From Fibrobacteria bacterium (GTDB taxonomy: Bacteria > Fibrobacterota > Chitinivibrionia > Chitinivibrionales > FEN-1185): DNA of 64,000 nt. Position 1 is the first letter of the stretch, and each line of letters opens with the position of its first letter. The translations under genes and the position numbers were made by a program. Positions 31,139 to 39,959 of this stretch are shown here, in pieces. The notes beneath the pieces are model-generated. The model was not told the origin of the DNA. It ran no database searches and saw only the letters and a program-made list of their open reading frames with translations. The DNA lies in contig JBBIGR010000026.1 in assembly GCA_037447435.1 (NCBI GenBank), positions 1 through 64,000 on the forward strand, read 5' to 3'.

Positions 31139-31156
31139 GTGGAACAAAGGTTCCAC
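31139..31156. promoter_or_regulatory. Motif-C palindrome (putative operator), copy 1
   Basis: GTGGAAC-AAAG-GTTCCAC in the divergent gap between TIGR02147-3 and GH2; GGGAGA-N17-TATTTT (31208) downstream. Confidence 0.72.
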
Positions 31157-31282
31157 GAAAACAATCAGCGGCACGGTAATGGTAGGGAGAATAATTCGCA
31201 TGAGAATTATTTTGTTTGTGAATTTCGAGTCACTCGATAAAGGCAGTTTTTCACGAAACTAAGGCAAACTAAGGAAAAATTC

Positions 31283-33637
31283 ATGACAGGACCAAAGCAG
31301 CATTTTTTTTTATTCTTTGTGGCAGCAATCATTCCATTTTTGTTTTTTGGAACCGTGCAGGCACGTGAAAAGATTTCAATAGACAGCCTTACCTGGAAAT
31401 TCATAAAACAGGATATAGCTTCGGCGCAGTCTGCAACATTTAACGACGCGTCCTGGGCAAATGTAAAACTCCCGCACGATTTTAACGGGGGAATAGACGG
31501 CATTAATAACGATATGTTCAAGGGCCCGAGTCAGTACCGCGGCCCAACTTGGTACCGTACGAAATTCACCCTTGATGCCGCAAATAGCGCAAAAAAAGTA
31601 TTTATCGAATTTGAAGGCGCGTCACTCGTTGCAACGGTATGGGTTAACGGAGACAGCATCGGCCAACACCGGGGCGGGTATACTGCGTTTACCTATGATA
31701 TTACATCGTCGGTTAAATTCGGGCAGGATAATATCCTTGCCGTTAAAGTGAGCAATGCCAACGATCCGACAATTGCACCGTGGATGTTCGTACCGTTCGG
31801 CAACTATCCGACGAGTATAGATTACGGGGTATACGGCGGGATTTATCGCAATGTATCGTTGATACTTACGGATAAGGTTAAAATCGAGGCAACATTCCAA
31901 TCAACGCCGAACGTCTCGGCCGCATCATCTAATGTAAAGGTACGGTCCGAAATAAGGAATTACGACGGCACGCCCCAGACGGTTACCGTACGCACGCAGG
32001 TTCTTGACGCTTTAGGTACCGAGGTCACCGTCATCGAATCCACCCAGAGCGTTGCCGCGGGGCAAACGGTATCGTTTGTCCAGACGAGCCCCAGCATAAC
32101 GAGCCCGCATCTTTGGTCGCCATCGGACCCGTATCTTTACACGGTTCGGTCTATTGCAATTGTTAATACCATCGAGACCGATCGTGTGGAAAACAAACTC
32201 GGTTTCAGGTGGTATCAGCTTAAAAACAAAACTGCTTTCACGCTCAACGGCCAGAACCTTTTTCTGCGGGGAATCAACAGGCATCAGGACCGCGCCGGGT
32301 TCGGTTACGCGCTTACCAAGGAACAAAACGTGTACGATATTGCACTTATCAAGTCCGGAGGATTCAATTTCCTTCGCCACGCACACTATCCGGCCGATCC
32401 TTCAGTCATGAGGGCATGTGATTCCCTCGGCATCATGGTGTGGCTGGAAATACCCATGACCGTATGCATTTCTACAAACCCGGGATTTAAAGCAAACGTG
32501 CTTTCGCAGCTTACCGAAATGATACGGCAGAATTACAATCATCCGAGTGTGATCGTATGGGGAATGGGCAACGAATCGGACCAGGATGTGGGAAAAAATA
32601 ATGATCCGCTTACCGAGTCGTATTCAAACCAGGTTATAAGCGCGCTCAATGCCCAGGCACATCTTTTAGACAGCACGCGCGTTACAACCGGTTGCAACTG
32701 GCGCTATGCTTCGAATCAGGCGATCGTGGATGTGTATTCTCCGCAGGACTGGACCGGTTGGTACAGCGGTGTCTATACCTCCTACAATCCGTCGAGTCTC
32801 ATCGGTGAATATGGTGCCGATGCCGACATATCCACTCATAAAGAAACCGGCGTTTTGCTTGACTGGAGCCAGGAATATCAGTGCCGGTTGCTGGAATATA
32901 AAGTTTCGAAAGGCGAAAGTGTCGCTGCCGCGTATCCCGGCCACTGCGTTTGGATAAGCTTTGATTTCGCCTCACCACGGCAGGACCGTGTGATCGGTCC
33001 AAATTCAAATACGATCAATTATATGAATCAGAAAGGGCTCTTTACCCATGATAGAAAGCCCAAAGACGCCTTCTATTTTTACAAGAGTTTTCAAACAAGC
33101 GGAAAAACTGCGCCCATGGTTTATATCGTATCGCATACGTGGCTGAATCGCTGGACGGCAGCCGGCGCAAAAAACATTTGGGCGTACAGCAATTGCGACA
33201 GCGTAGAGCTGTTCAACGATTACGGGAAAACGTCTTTTGGCAAACGGGCACGCACCGGCGGCGAACTCGGCAATACAAGGTTTGAATGGAATGCCGCCAA
33301 TGTCAAGTATAATGTCCTGTATGCGATAGGATATGTCAATAGCCAGCCGGTGGCGCGGGACACAATTATTTTGAATAACCTGCCGGGGTTGCCCGTGGGA
33401 ACGATCGACCGTAAAAACCCCCTCATTCTCACCCCTGCCACGGTTTTTGAAAATGCGTCTCAGTGTCATGAGGTGACGGTTTATTCGGCAAGCGGAGCGG
33501 TTGTGCGCTTCAACGTCGAAAACAATACCATAAAGCAATTAGCCAGCCTGTCTCGCGGAGTGTACATTGTCAAATATGTCGGGCCCGATGGCATCGCCAG
33601 GCGCATGTCTTATGTTGTTTCCCGGCCGTTCCATTAA
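31283..33637 (+). CDS. GH2 beta-galactosidase-like enzyme with C-terminal T9SS-like domain
   Basis: LRGINRHQD, RHAHYP, NHPSVIVWGMGNE, GEYG; close paralog of 7438..9844. Confidence 0.9.
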   Translation: MTGPKQHFFLFFVAAIIPFLFFGTVQAREKISIDSLTWKFIKQDIASAQSATFNDASWANVKLPHDFNGGIDGINNDMFKGPSQYRGPTWYRTKFTLDAANSAKKVFIEFEGASLVATVWVNGDSIGQHRGGYTAFTYDITSSVKFGQDNILAVKVSNANDPTIAPWMFVPFGNYPTSIDYGVYGGIYRNVSLILTDKVKIEATFQSTPNVSAASSNVKVRSEIRNYDGTPQTVTVRTQVLDALGTEVTVIESTQSVAAGQTVSFVQTSPSITSPHLWSPSDPYLYTVRSIAIVNTIETDRVENKLGFRWYQLKNKTAFTLNGQNLFLRGINRHQDRAGFGYALTKEQNVYDIALIKSGGFNFLRHAHYPADPSVMRACDSLGIMVWLEIPMTVCISTNPGFKANVLSQLTEMIRQNYNHPSVIVWGMGNESDQDVGKNNDPLTESYSNQVISALNAQAHLLDSTRVTTGCNWRYASNQAIVDVYSPQDWTGWYSGVYTSYNPSSLIGEYGADADISTHKETGVLLDWSQEYQCRLLEYKVSKGESVAAAYPGHCVWISFDFASPRQDRVIGPNSNTINYMNQKGLFTHDRKPKDAFYFYKSFQTSGKTAPMVYIVSHTWLNRWTAAGAKNIWAYSNCDSVELFNDYGKTSFGKRARTGGELGNTRFEWNAANVKYNVLYAIGYVNSQPVARDTIILNNLPGLPVGTIDRKNPLILTPATVFENASQCHEVTVYSASGAVVRFNVENNTIKQLASLSRGVYIVKYVGPDGIARRMSYVVSRPFH

Positions 33638-33820
33638 TTAGCAAGCACAAAGAGTAATCAAAGTACTATTCTCTGCAAAAAATGTTGTCGAGCCGAACCC
33701 AGTCTATCATTGAAAATTTCTTGGAAATCAAAATTACACGTTTAAGTGTTGTCAAAAACTCGGAATTTTTTGGGGATTTAAAAGAAATTTCGGCTATATT
33801 ATCAGGCGGGGGTATAATTC

Positions 33821-34828
33821 ATGAAAAATCAATTTGCAAGTCTGTTTGTTGCCGCTTTTGCGGTATTAAGTTTGCATTGCGGCGTTTTTGCCGACGTAAT
33901 TCAGGTAAACGTGAGTTCCATTCTCAATACGCGGTCGATCACGACTTTGACTAACGGAAGTCTTGTCACCTGGATAAACGGCGTTGACGGAGGCGGCGCA
34001 TCCGACGGATACCTGACAATGGCAGCATCGCTTTTTAAAGGCGACAAAAACCCTCATGCGCTGCCCGACAGCGGGAAAATTGCCGCAGACACAAATCATC
34101 CTGAAGTCATGCTGAACTATTCCAACAGCGATGGAAAAAACAATCAAACGCATTTTGTCGTGGGTTCCGGAGAGTTCACGTTTTCGGTCCCGCAAACAAA
34201 TTATTCCAAGATGTTTCTTTTTTTTACCAGCTCCGAAGGAACATCTTCGATACAAGTGACATTAACCTATGCGGACGCTACGGAATCCAAAGCCTTTGTC
34301 GTACCGGATTATTACACCGATATTCCTTCGAACGATCAGAATTTCTGCTACCTTGTCAAAGACCTTGCAAAATGGAACAAACAGAATGTCATGACCGAAA
34401 CGAATCATCATAACATCGATGCGTTGAACGTTCATCCGAATGCCGCGAAGGTCCTTACGGCAATAAAAGTTCAAAAAAGTCAGGCAGGCTATATGGTGTT
34501 TTGGGGCGCAACCGGGGTTTCGACAAAATCAACTTATGTCGAACACGGCTTTTCAAACTGTGTGCCCGGAAATACGATAAAGGCCGTTCGTGCAATGCAA
34601 AGAACGGGCGTCGGAAACAATCGTATTGCTTTAGTCAATATTCCCGCCCAAACGGACGTTTCCGTTTTTTCGACACGCGGTCAAAATAGTTACAAGGCTT
34701 CTTTTGTGCAAGCAGGGACGATTTACCTGGAGGGAGTTAACGGGAAAAAACTTCCGCCGGGGACCTATGTATGCAGGTTGACATTGGGTGAAGAGATCAG
34801 ATATTTAAAGGTTTTCAAGGCCCAATAA
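33821..34828 (+). CDS. Secreted hypothetical protein with T9SS-like tail
   Basis: Signal peptide, beta-rich domain, VSVFSTRGQ...PPGTYVCRL tail. Confidence 0.6.
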   Translation: MKNQFASLFVAAFAVLSLHCGVFADVIQVNVSSILNTRSITTLTNGSLVTWINGVDGGGASDGYLTMAASLFKGDKNPHALPDSGKIAADTNHPEVMLNYSNSDGKNNQTHFVVGSGEFTFSVPQTNYSKMFLFFTSSEGTSSIQVTLTYADATESKAFVVPDYYTDIPSNDQNFCYLVKDLAKWNKQNVMTETNHHNIDALNVHPNAAKVLTAIKVQKSQAGYMVFWGATGVSTKSTYVEHGFSNCVPGNTIKAVRAMQRTGVGNNRIALVNIPAQTDVSVFSTRGQNSYKASFVQAGTIYLEGVNGKKLPPGTYVCRLTLGEEIRYLKVFKAQ

Positions 34829-35069
34829 CCCCCTCGGCCGCACAGTATCGCGTTTTGCGGCAAACCGTTCAAAATCGCTTTGGCCCGCCTTTGCATCACT
34901 ATATATAAATATATCGTAAAATTAATTCCTTTAATTTGTTTTCTGGCGTTTCCTTCCCTCAAACCTTACATTACCTCATGATGGGTCAGGGGATTTATTT
35001 CCCTCATAATTTGTAATATATCATTGATTTTCAAAAGTATTCACTATAGTATGGATTGAAGGAGAGTTT

Positions 35070-37439
35070 ATGCGCTCAAGTATTCTGGTTTTTGCCGAGT
35101 TATTTACCGTTTTATTCGCAACCGTCTCCTTTGCTGCGGAAGTATATGTTTCGCCAACGGGAAACGATGCGGCAAGCGGGGCTATCGGTTCGCCGCTTGC
35201 GACAATTGCCGCAGCGCGCGATAAAGCCGACCAGCTTAAAGCCGGAAACACTCCGGTGATGATTTACTTTAGGGAAGGAACCTATTATTTGACCGCACCG
35301 GTTGTGATTGGCCCCGCCAATTCGGGAACCGCGCAAGCGCCAATCGTTTATGCCGGATACCCCGGAGAAAATCCCGTTATCAGCGGAGGAATCAGGGTAC
35401 CGGATACGGTGTCGTGGACGGTTTCATCCGGGCAGATCATGGTAACTACCATTACACCCAATCTTAAAATCGACCAGCTTTTTCTTAACGGCAAACGAAT
35501 GATAATGGCGCGATATCCGAATTTTGATTCGACTAAGGTTATTTTGGACGGCTATGATGCGAATTGTTTCAGTACCGCAAGGGTCGCGACGTGGAAGAGC
35601 CCTGCCGAGGGACCTGGATATATCCGTGCCCTGCATCCGAATCAATGGGGGAGCGAGTCGTATACCATAACCGGCAAAAACAGCGACAATACGTTGACCA
35701 TGCAATGGGCCGGTGATAATAACAACGGCAATACCATGCATCCGACTTACCGCATGGTCGAAAATATCTTCGAAGAATTGGACGCCCCGAAAGAATGGTA
35801 TTATCGAAAAGCAACAGGGCAGCTTTATTTTTACCCGCCCGCGGGAACTAATCTGAAAACCGCAAAAATCGAACTTGCATCGCAGGACGAACTTATCAGG
35901 ATCGTTGGAACGGCAACAGCCAAAGCGTCGTACGTAACCTTTAAGAACCTGACATTTACCCATACGTATCGCACCTTGTTCAGCAAGACGTATGAGCCGA
36001 TTTTGAGAAGCGATTGGCATATTGCCCGGAGCGGTTGCGTGTACATGGAAAATACGGACCATATCCGCATCGAGAGCTGCTTGTTCGATCAAATCGGCGG
36101 CAACGGCATTTTTATGAGCGGCTATAACAAGTTTAATATCGTGTTCAATAACAATTTCGTCGACAACGGCGCTTCATGCGTCAATTTGATCGGTCTGCAA
36201 AGCGCCGTGCGCTGCGCGGCGAATTGGTCTCCGGCAATAAACTGTACCGACAAGACCCCTGGGCCGCTCACGCAGGATTATCCGGCATTTATCAGGGTCG
36301 AAAACAACATGATGAACCATCTGGGACGGTTCGAAAAACAAACGTCGGGCGTGAACCTGGGGATTACCGAATGCGATACGGTATTGCACAACACCATTCA
36401 CGATTGTCCTCGCGCAGCGGTCAATATAAACACCGGGCGTTTCGGCGGACATGAAATTGCCTATAACTGGATTTATAATTCCGTTTTGGAAACCGAGGAC
36501 CACGGTCCGTTCAATTCGTGGGGACGGGACCGCAATCTTGACTTTAAGGATGATACGGCCGCAACGCAGCTCGATGCTTGGAAAACAACGGTCATTCATA
36601 ATAACAGATGGGAAGTCCGGCAAGGACTTTTCGGCCTCGATCTCGACGATCAATCGTCGAATTACCTTATGTTCAACAATCTGCTTTTAGGGAGCGGTCT
36701 CAAAATGCAATGGAGCAGACATAATACCTAGTATAATAATATACTTGCCAATGGTGCCAATACAACGATAACCGGCGTGTGGTGGGGCTCCAACGATTAC
36801 ATGACGCGCAATATTTTTACCAGCGGTCAGACCTATTGGTGTAACTTTTTTTCCCCGATCAGCGACCCGAACCTTGTTGCCGACACCATTGCCAAACATG
36901 TCAGATTGATCGATTCAAATCTGGTCTCGTCGGGTGCGGGAAGCGTATCTACCGAAGCAGGCAGCGTTACCTGGACCCGATGGCATAGCGCAGGGCTGGA
37001 TATGCATTCGGCAGCAGGCGACCCGATGTTTGTCGATGTCAACCAGACCTGGCCGGGGTACGGCCCAAAAGGCAATTATCAGGTCAAACCCGGTTCGCCG
37101 GCCTTGAACATCGGTTTTAAAAATTTCGCAATGGATTCCTTCGGCGTCATGAGCGTTGCAACTGCAACCGTTCAGGCTCCTTTTCCCGGTCGCCTCATGG
37201 AGAATGGAGCGGCACATATGTCCGATAAGGTACGATACGCATCGGGCATGGTCATGATTTCTCTGGCCGGAAATTACCGGGTGACGGTAACGACGGCGCA
37301 AGGCAGAATAGTCGCCGCTTTTTCAGGAAAAGGCATTTCAAACTTTGCCGTTACTAAAAAAATGGCGGGAAGCGGACTGTATTTGTTAACTGTCAATAGT
37401 GCGCAAGGAATATTCACGAGGAAATTATTGATACATTGA
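35070..37439 (+). pseudogene. GH141-like right-handed beta-helix glycosidase with T9SS-like tail, interrupted by an in-frame TAG at 36729-36731
   Basis: YVSPTGND, REGTYYL, MARYPN, ENIFEELDAPKEWY, DHGPFNSWGRDR, LDLDDQSSNY. The frame continues after TAG (YNNILANG...) into ORF 36777..37439. Confidence 0.78.
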
Positions 37440-37464
37440 TATATGTTGTGGAAGGGGAATAATT

Positions 37465-39504
37465 ATGATCACGCATCGGATTTGCGGAATGAACCGGGGG
37501 CTTTTCATACTTTTGACCGCATGCGTCTTAGCAGGAGGGGCCATGGCGGCGCAAAATACCGTGGGCGCGACGACCCCGTTTACAATTATGGAAGGAGAGT
37601 CGGGAACGCTGGGCGGCGGGGCGACTGTTCGCAAGTTGCAAACCATACCCGCCAATGCCGTTTCGAGCCCGGAACTCGAGGCGTCGGGCAGGGCGTTTGT
37701 CCAGCTCACCGCAACCGGACAGTCGGTATCGTGGGTCAATCCGGTCGACAGCGACAACACGATCAATATCCGTGAGTGTATCCCCGACGCGCCCGCCGGC
37801 GGCGGCATCGACGCGACGCTCGATCTGTATGTCAACGGCGTTTTGCGCCAGGCCATACCCCTGACGTCGAGGCAAACCTGGGTTTACGAAGGTAACAACG
37901 GCAATAACAACGGCATGAGCCAGGATCCTTCAACCGGCGGTCCGCATGTGTTTTACGATGAATCGCGCACATTCATTACCGGCCAGGCGCTTAAGGTCGG
38001 CGATACCATCATGCTCAAGAAAGACGCGACAAACACCGCATCGTTTTACTATATCGACTGCATCGATCTCGAATCGACTTCGCCAAAAGCCCGACCCGCG
38101 AACTCGCTTTCCGTTGCGGATTACGGCGCGACCGGGACCGGAACCGCAAATGTCAACAACGCGTTCAATTCGTGTTGCAACGCCGCTAAATCGCAGGGCA
38201 AGATCGTTTGGATTCCTGCCGGTACATACTACATGACAAATTGGAGTCCCAATGGCGTTACCATAGCCGGCGCAGGAATGTGGTATACCACGTTATACTT
38301 TACAATGGGTCAGATTCAGTCGAATTCGTGCAGTTTTCAGGATCTTTGCGTCGACGCAGTGACTGTGCAACGCGACCAGGGTATGGGCGGTGTCAATACG
38401 AACGGTTCGAATTATGTGATCGACCGCGTTTGGGCCATTCACGGATGCTGGGCCGGGTTCTGGTGTTGCGGCACGAACGTCACGCTGCAAAACAGCCGTT
38501 CGTCGATTTGCTGGGGCGACGGTCTCAATATGAACAACGGCACCGGCGGCGGCGGGACAGGAACCAACCTTCTCGCACAGAATAACTTTACGCGCGGATG
38601 CGGCGACGACGGCGTCACCGTGTACTCTGTCTCGTACTCTCAGGAAGTAAACGGCGCCGTTTTACGAAACAACACGACGGTTGCGATGTGGTGGGCCAAC
38701 GGCCTGCGTATTGCCGGCGGCAAAAACGTTCGCGCCGAAAACAACCTGCTTCTCGACGATGTGAAAGAAGCGGGTTTATTTATCGGCATCTACGGCTCCG
38801 ACGGCAGCAACCTGGATTCATCCGTGATCACCGGCAACGTAATCGTTCGGGCGGGCAACTCCCGCAATCCTTCAGGCATATGCGTCAATGGTTCGCCGGG
38901 CGGAAAACTGGTCAATACGGTCATTTCCAACAACACCATCAAAGATGCGCAATTTTACGGCGTGCTTGTGGGGAGTGATCTTGAGACCATTACAATGAGG
39001 AACAACATAATCGACCATCCTGCGCAAACCGCTATCTGGATTCAGGGCAGCGCAAAAGGATCGGCAAACATAGACTCCTGTCAACTCATCAACCGTATCG
39101 CAAAACAACTCGCTTACAAAAATGATGCGGGTACCGCTTTTCCCGTAACTTTCGGAGCCCACAATTACGGGATTCCCGATACCTTACCCGCTACCGATAT
39201 CAATTTTACGCAGCAAAACCCGAAATCTCGGCAAAATCTGTCGATCTTTCAAACTCACAATCTCTTGAAAATCCGCTATGGCGGAAGTTTGGAACAGGGG
39301 AATGTCCTGGCCTCGATTTACAATTCCGCCGGCCGGCTGATGTGGAAAAGCGGAAAATTATCATCCTATCCGCTTCAAGGCGATTTTATTTGCGCAACAA
39401 GCAATTTCGGTAATGGGGTTTATATCCTGACCCTCACGGAAAGCGACGATCTTAACCATTACCCAAAAGCAATTTCCCGCACATTTATCGTATCGAACCG
39501 ATAG
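37465..39504 (+). CDS. GH87-like (alpha-1,3-glucanase/mycodextranase-type) beta-helix glycosidase with T9SS-like tail
   Basis: VGATTPF.IMEGE, EASGRAFVQL, IPDAPAGGGIDATLDLYVNG, HVFYDESR, WGDGLN, TRGCGDDG, WWANG. Confidence 0.75.
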   Translation: MITHRICGMNRGLFILLTACVLAGGAMAAQNTVGATTPFTIMEGESGTLGGGATVRKLQTIPANAVSSPELEASGRAFVQLTATGQSVSWVNPVDSDNTINIRECIPDAPAGGGIDATLDLYVNGVLRQAIPLTSRQTWVYEGNNGNNNGMSQDPSTGGPHVFYDESRTFITGQALKVGDTIMLKKDATNTASFYYIDCIDLESTSPKARPANSLSVADYGATGTGTANVNNAFNSCCNAAKSQGKIVWIPAGTYYMTNWSPNGVTIAGAGMWYTTLYFTMGQIQSNSCSFQDLCVDAVTVQRDQGMGGVNTNGSNYVIDRVWAIHGCWAGFWCCGTNVTLQNSRSSICWGDGLNMNNGTGGGGTGTNLLAQNNFTRGCGDDGVTVYSVSYSQEVNGAVLRNNTTVAMWWANGLRIAGGKNVRAENNLLLDDVKEAGLFIGIYGSDGSNLDSSVITGNVIVRAGNSRNPSGICVNGSPGGKLVNTVISNNTIKDAQFYGVLVGSDLETITMRNNIIDHPAQTAIWIQGSAKGSANIDSCQLINRIAKQLAYKNDAGTAFPVTFGAHNYGIPDTLPATDINFTQQNPKSRQNLSIFQTHNLLKIRYGGSLEQGNVLASIYNSAGRLMWKSGKLSSYPLQGDFICATSNFGNGVYILTLTESDDLNHYPKAISRTFIVSNR

Positions 39505-39518
39505 GGTTCGATTTCCGT

Positions 39519-39565
39519 CGACAGGTATCCTGTTGCATTGTTGCGACAATACCTGTCGTTTTTTT
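39519..39565 (+). terminator. Intrinsic terminator after the GH87-like gene
   Basis: CGACAGGTAT..TGTTGCA-ttgt-TGCGACA-ATACCTGTCG followed by T7. Confidence 0.75.
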
Positions 39566-39716
39566 GTCTGAAATTGTTGTCATTTCAATAGGGCGAACTG
39601 CATCTTTCGTCTAAGCGGTCGATCAAACCTCCTCGTATTTGCGGAACATCTGCGACGGCGTTTATTTTATTCAACTTCGTCATAATGGCGAAAATGCCAT
39701 TGTAAAGACCAATATC

Positions 39717-39745
39717 TTGACTAAATAGGTGTTTCTCAGTATAAT
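39717..39745 (+). promoter_or_regulatory. Near-consensus sigma70 promoter
   Basis: TTGACT-N17-TATAAT. Confidence 0.75.
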
Positions 39746-39751
39746 TAAGAA

Positions 39752-39890
39752 CGGAATGTCCACTTGGGTTGCAATGAAATGCGAGCGCGTTTTGCGATAT
39801 TATCGATACGAAATATGTCCAAAACTCAGGAAAGGTAAACAATAATACCGTGGAACCGCAATTCCACGGTATTATTGTTTACCATGTATT
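39752..39890 (+). ncRNA. Candidate structured leader RNA or sRNA
   Basis: Follows a strong promoter; three possible stems, then a perfect 22-bp hairpin (39834-39883). No known family recognised. Confidence 0.35.
39850..39867. promoter_or_regulatory. Motif-C copy 2 (one mismatch), inside a 22-bp inverted repeat
   Basis: GTGGAAC-CGCA-ATTCCAC; CTGAGA at 39896 and TATATT at 39918. Confidence 0.62.
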
Positions 39891-39959
39891 TTATCCTGAG
39901 AAAAAGAAATCGCGCTTTATATTATTATATTAAAACCATATAAAACCCTGGGGGGCTTT

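Noticed and set aside
33722..33740. Possible degenerate motif site TGGAAAT-CAAA-ATTACAC upstream of 33821
   Set aside because: Several mismatches, and its offset to the TATATT at 33795 is 56 nt rather than 51-52.
14220..37439. Genome-wide TAG reassignment (alternative genetic code)
   Set aside because: TAG ends several genes exactly at complete C-terminal domains (5471, 10079, 28785, 39504), so it works as a normal stop. No pyl genes or suppressor tRNA are visible in the window.
39752..39835. Assignment of the candidate leader RNA to the glycine riboswitch (CTCAGG...AAGG resemblance)
   Set aside because: The GGAGA and CCGAAG elements of the glycine aptamer are missing and the downstream gene is unrelated, so it is left unassigned.
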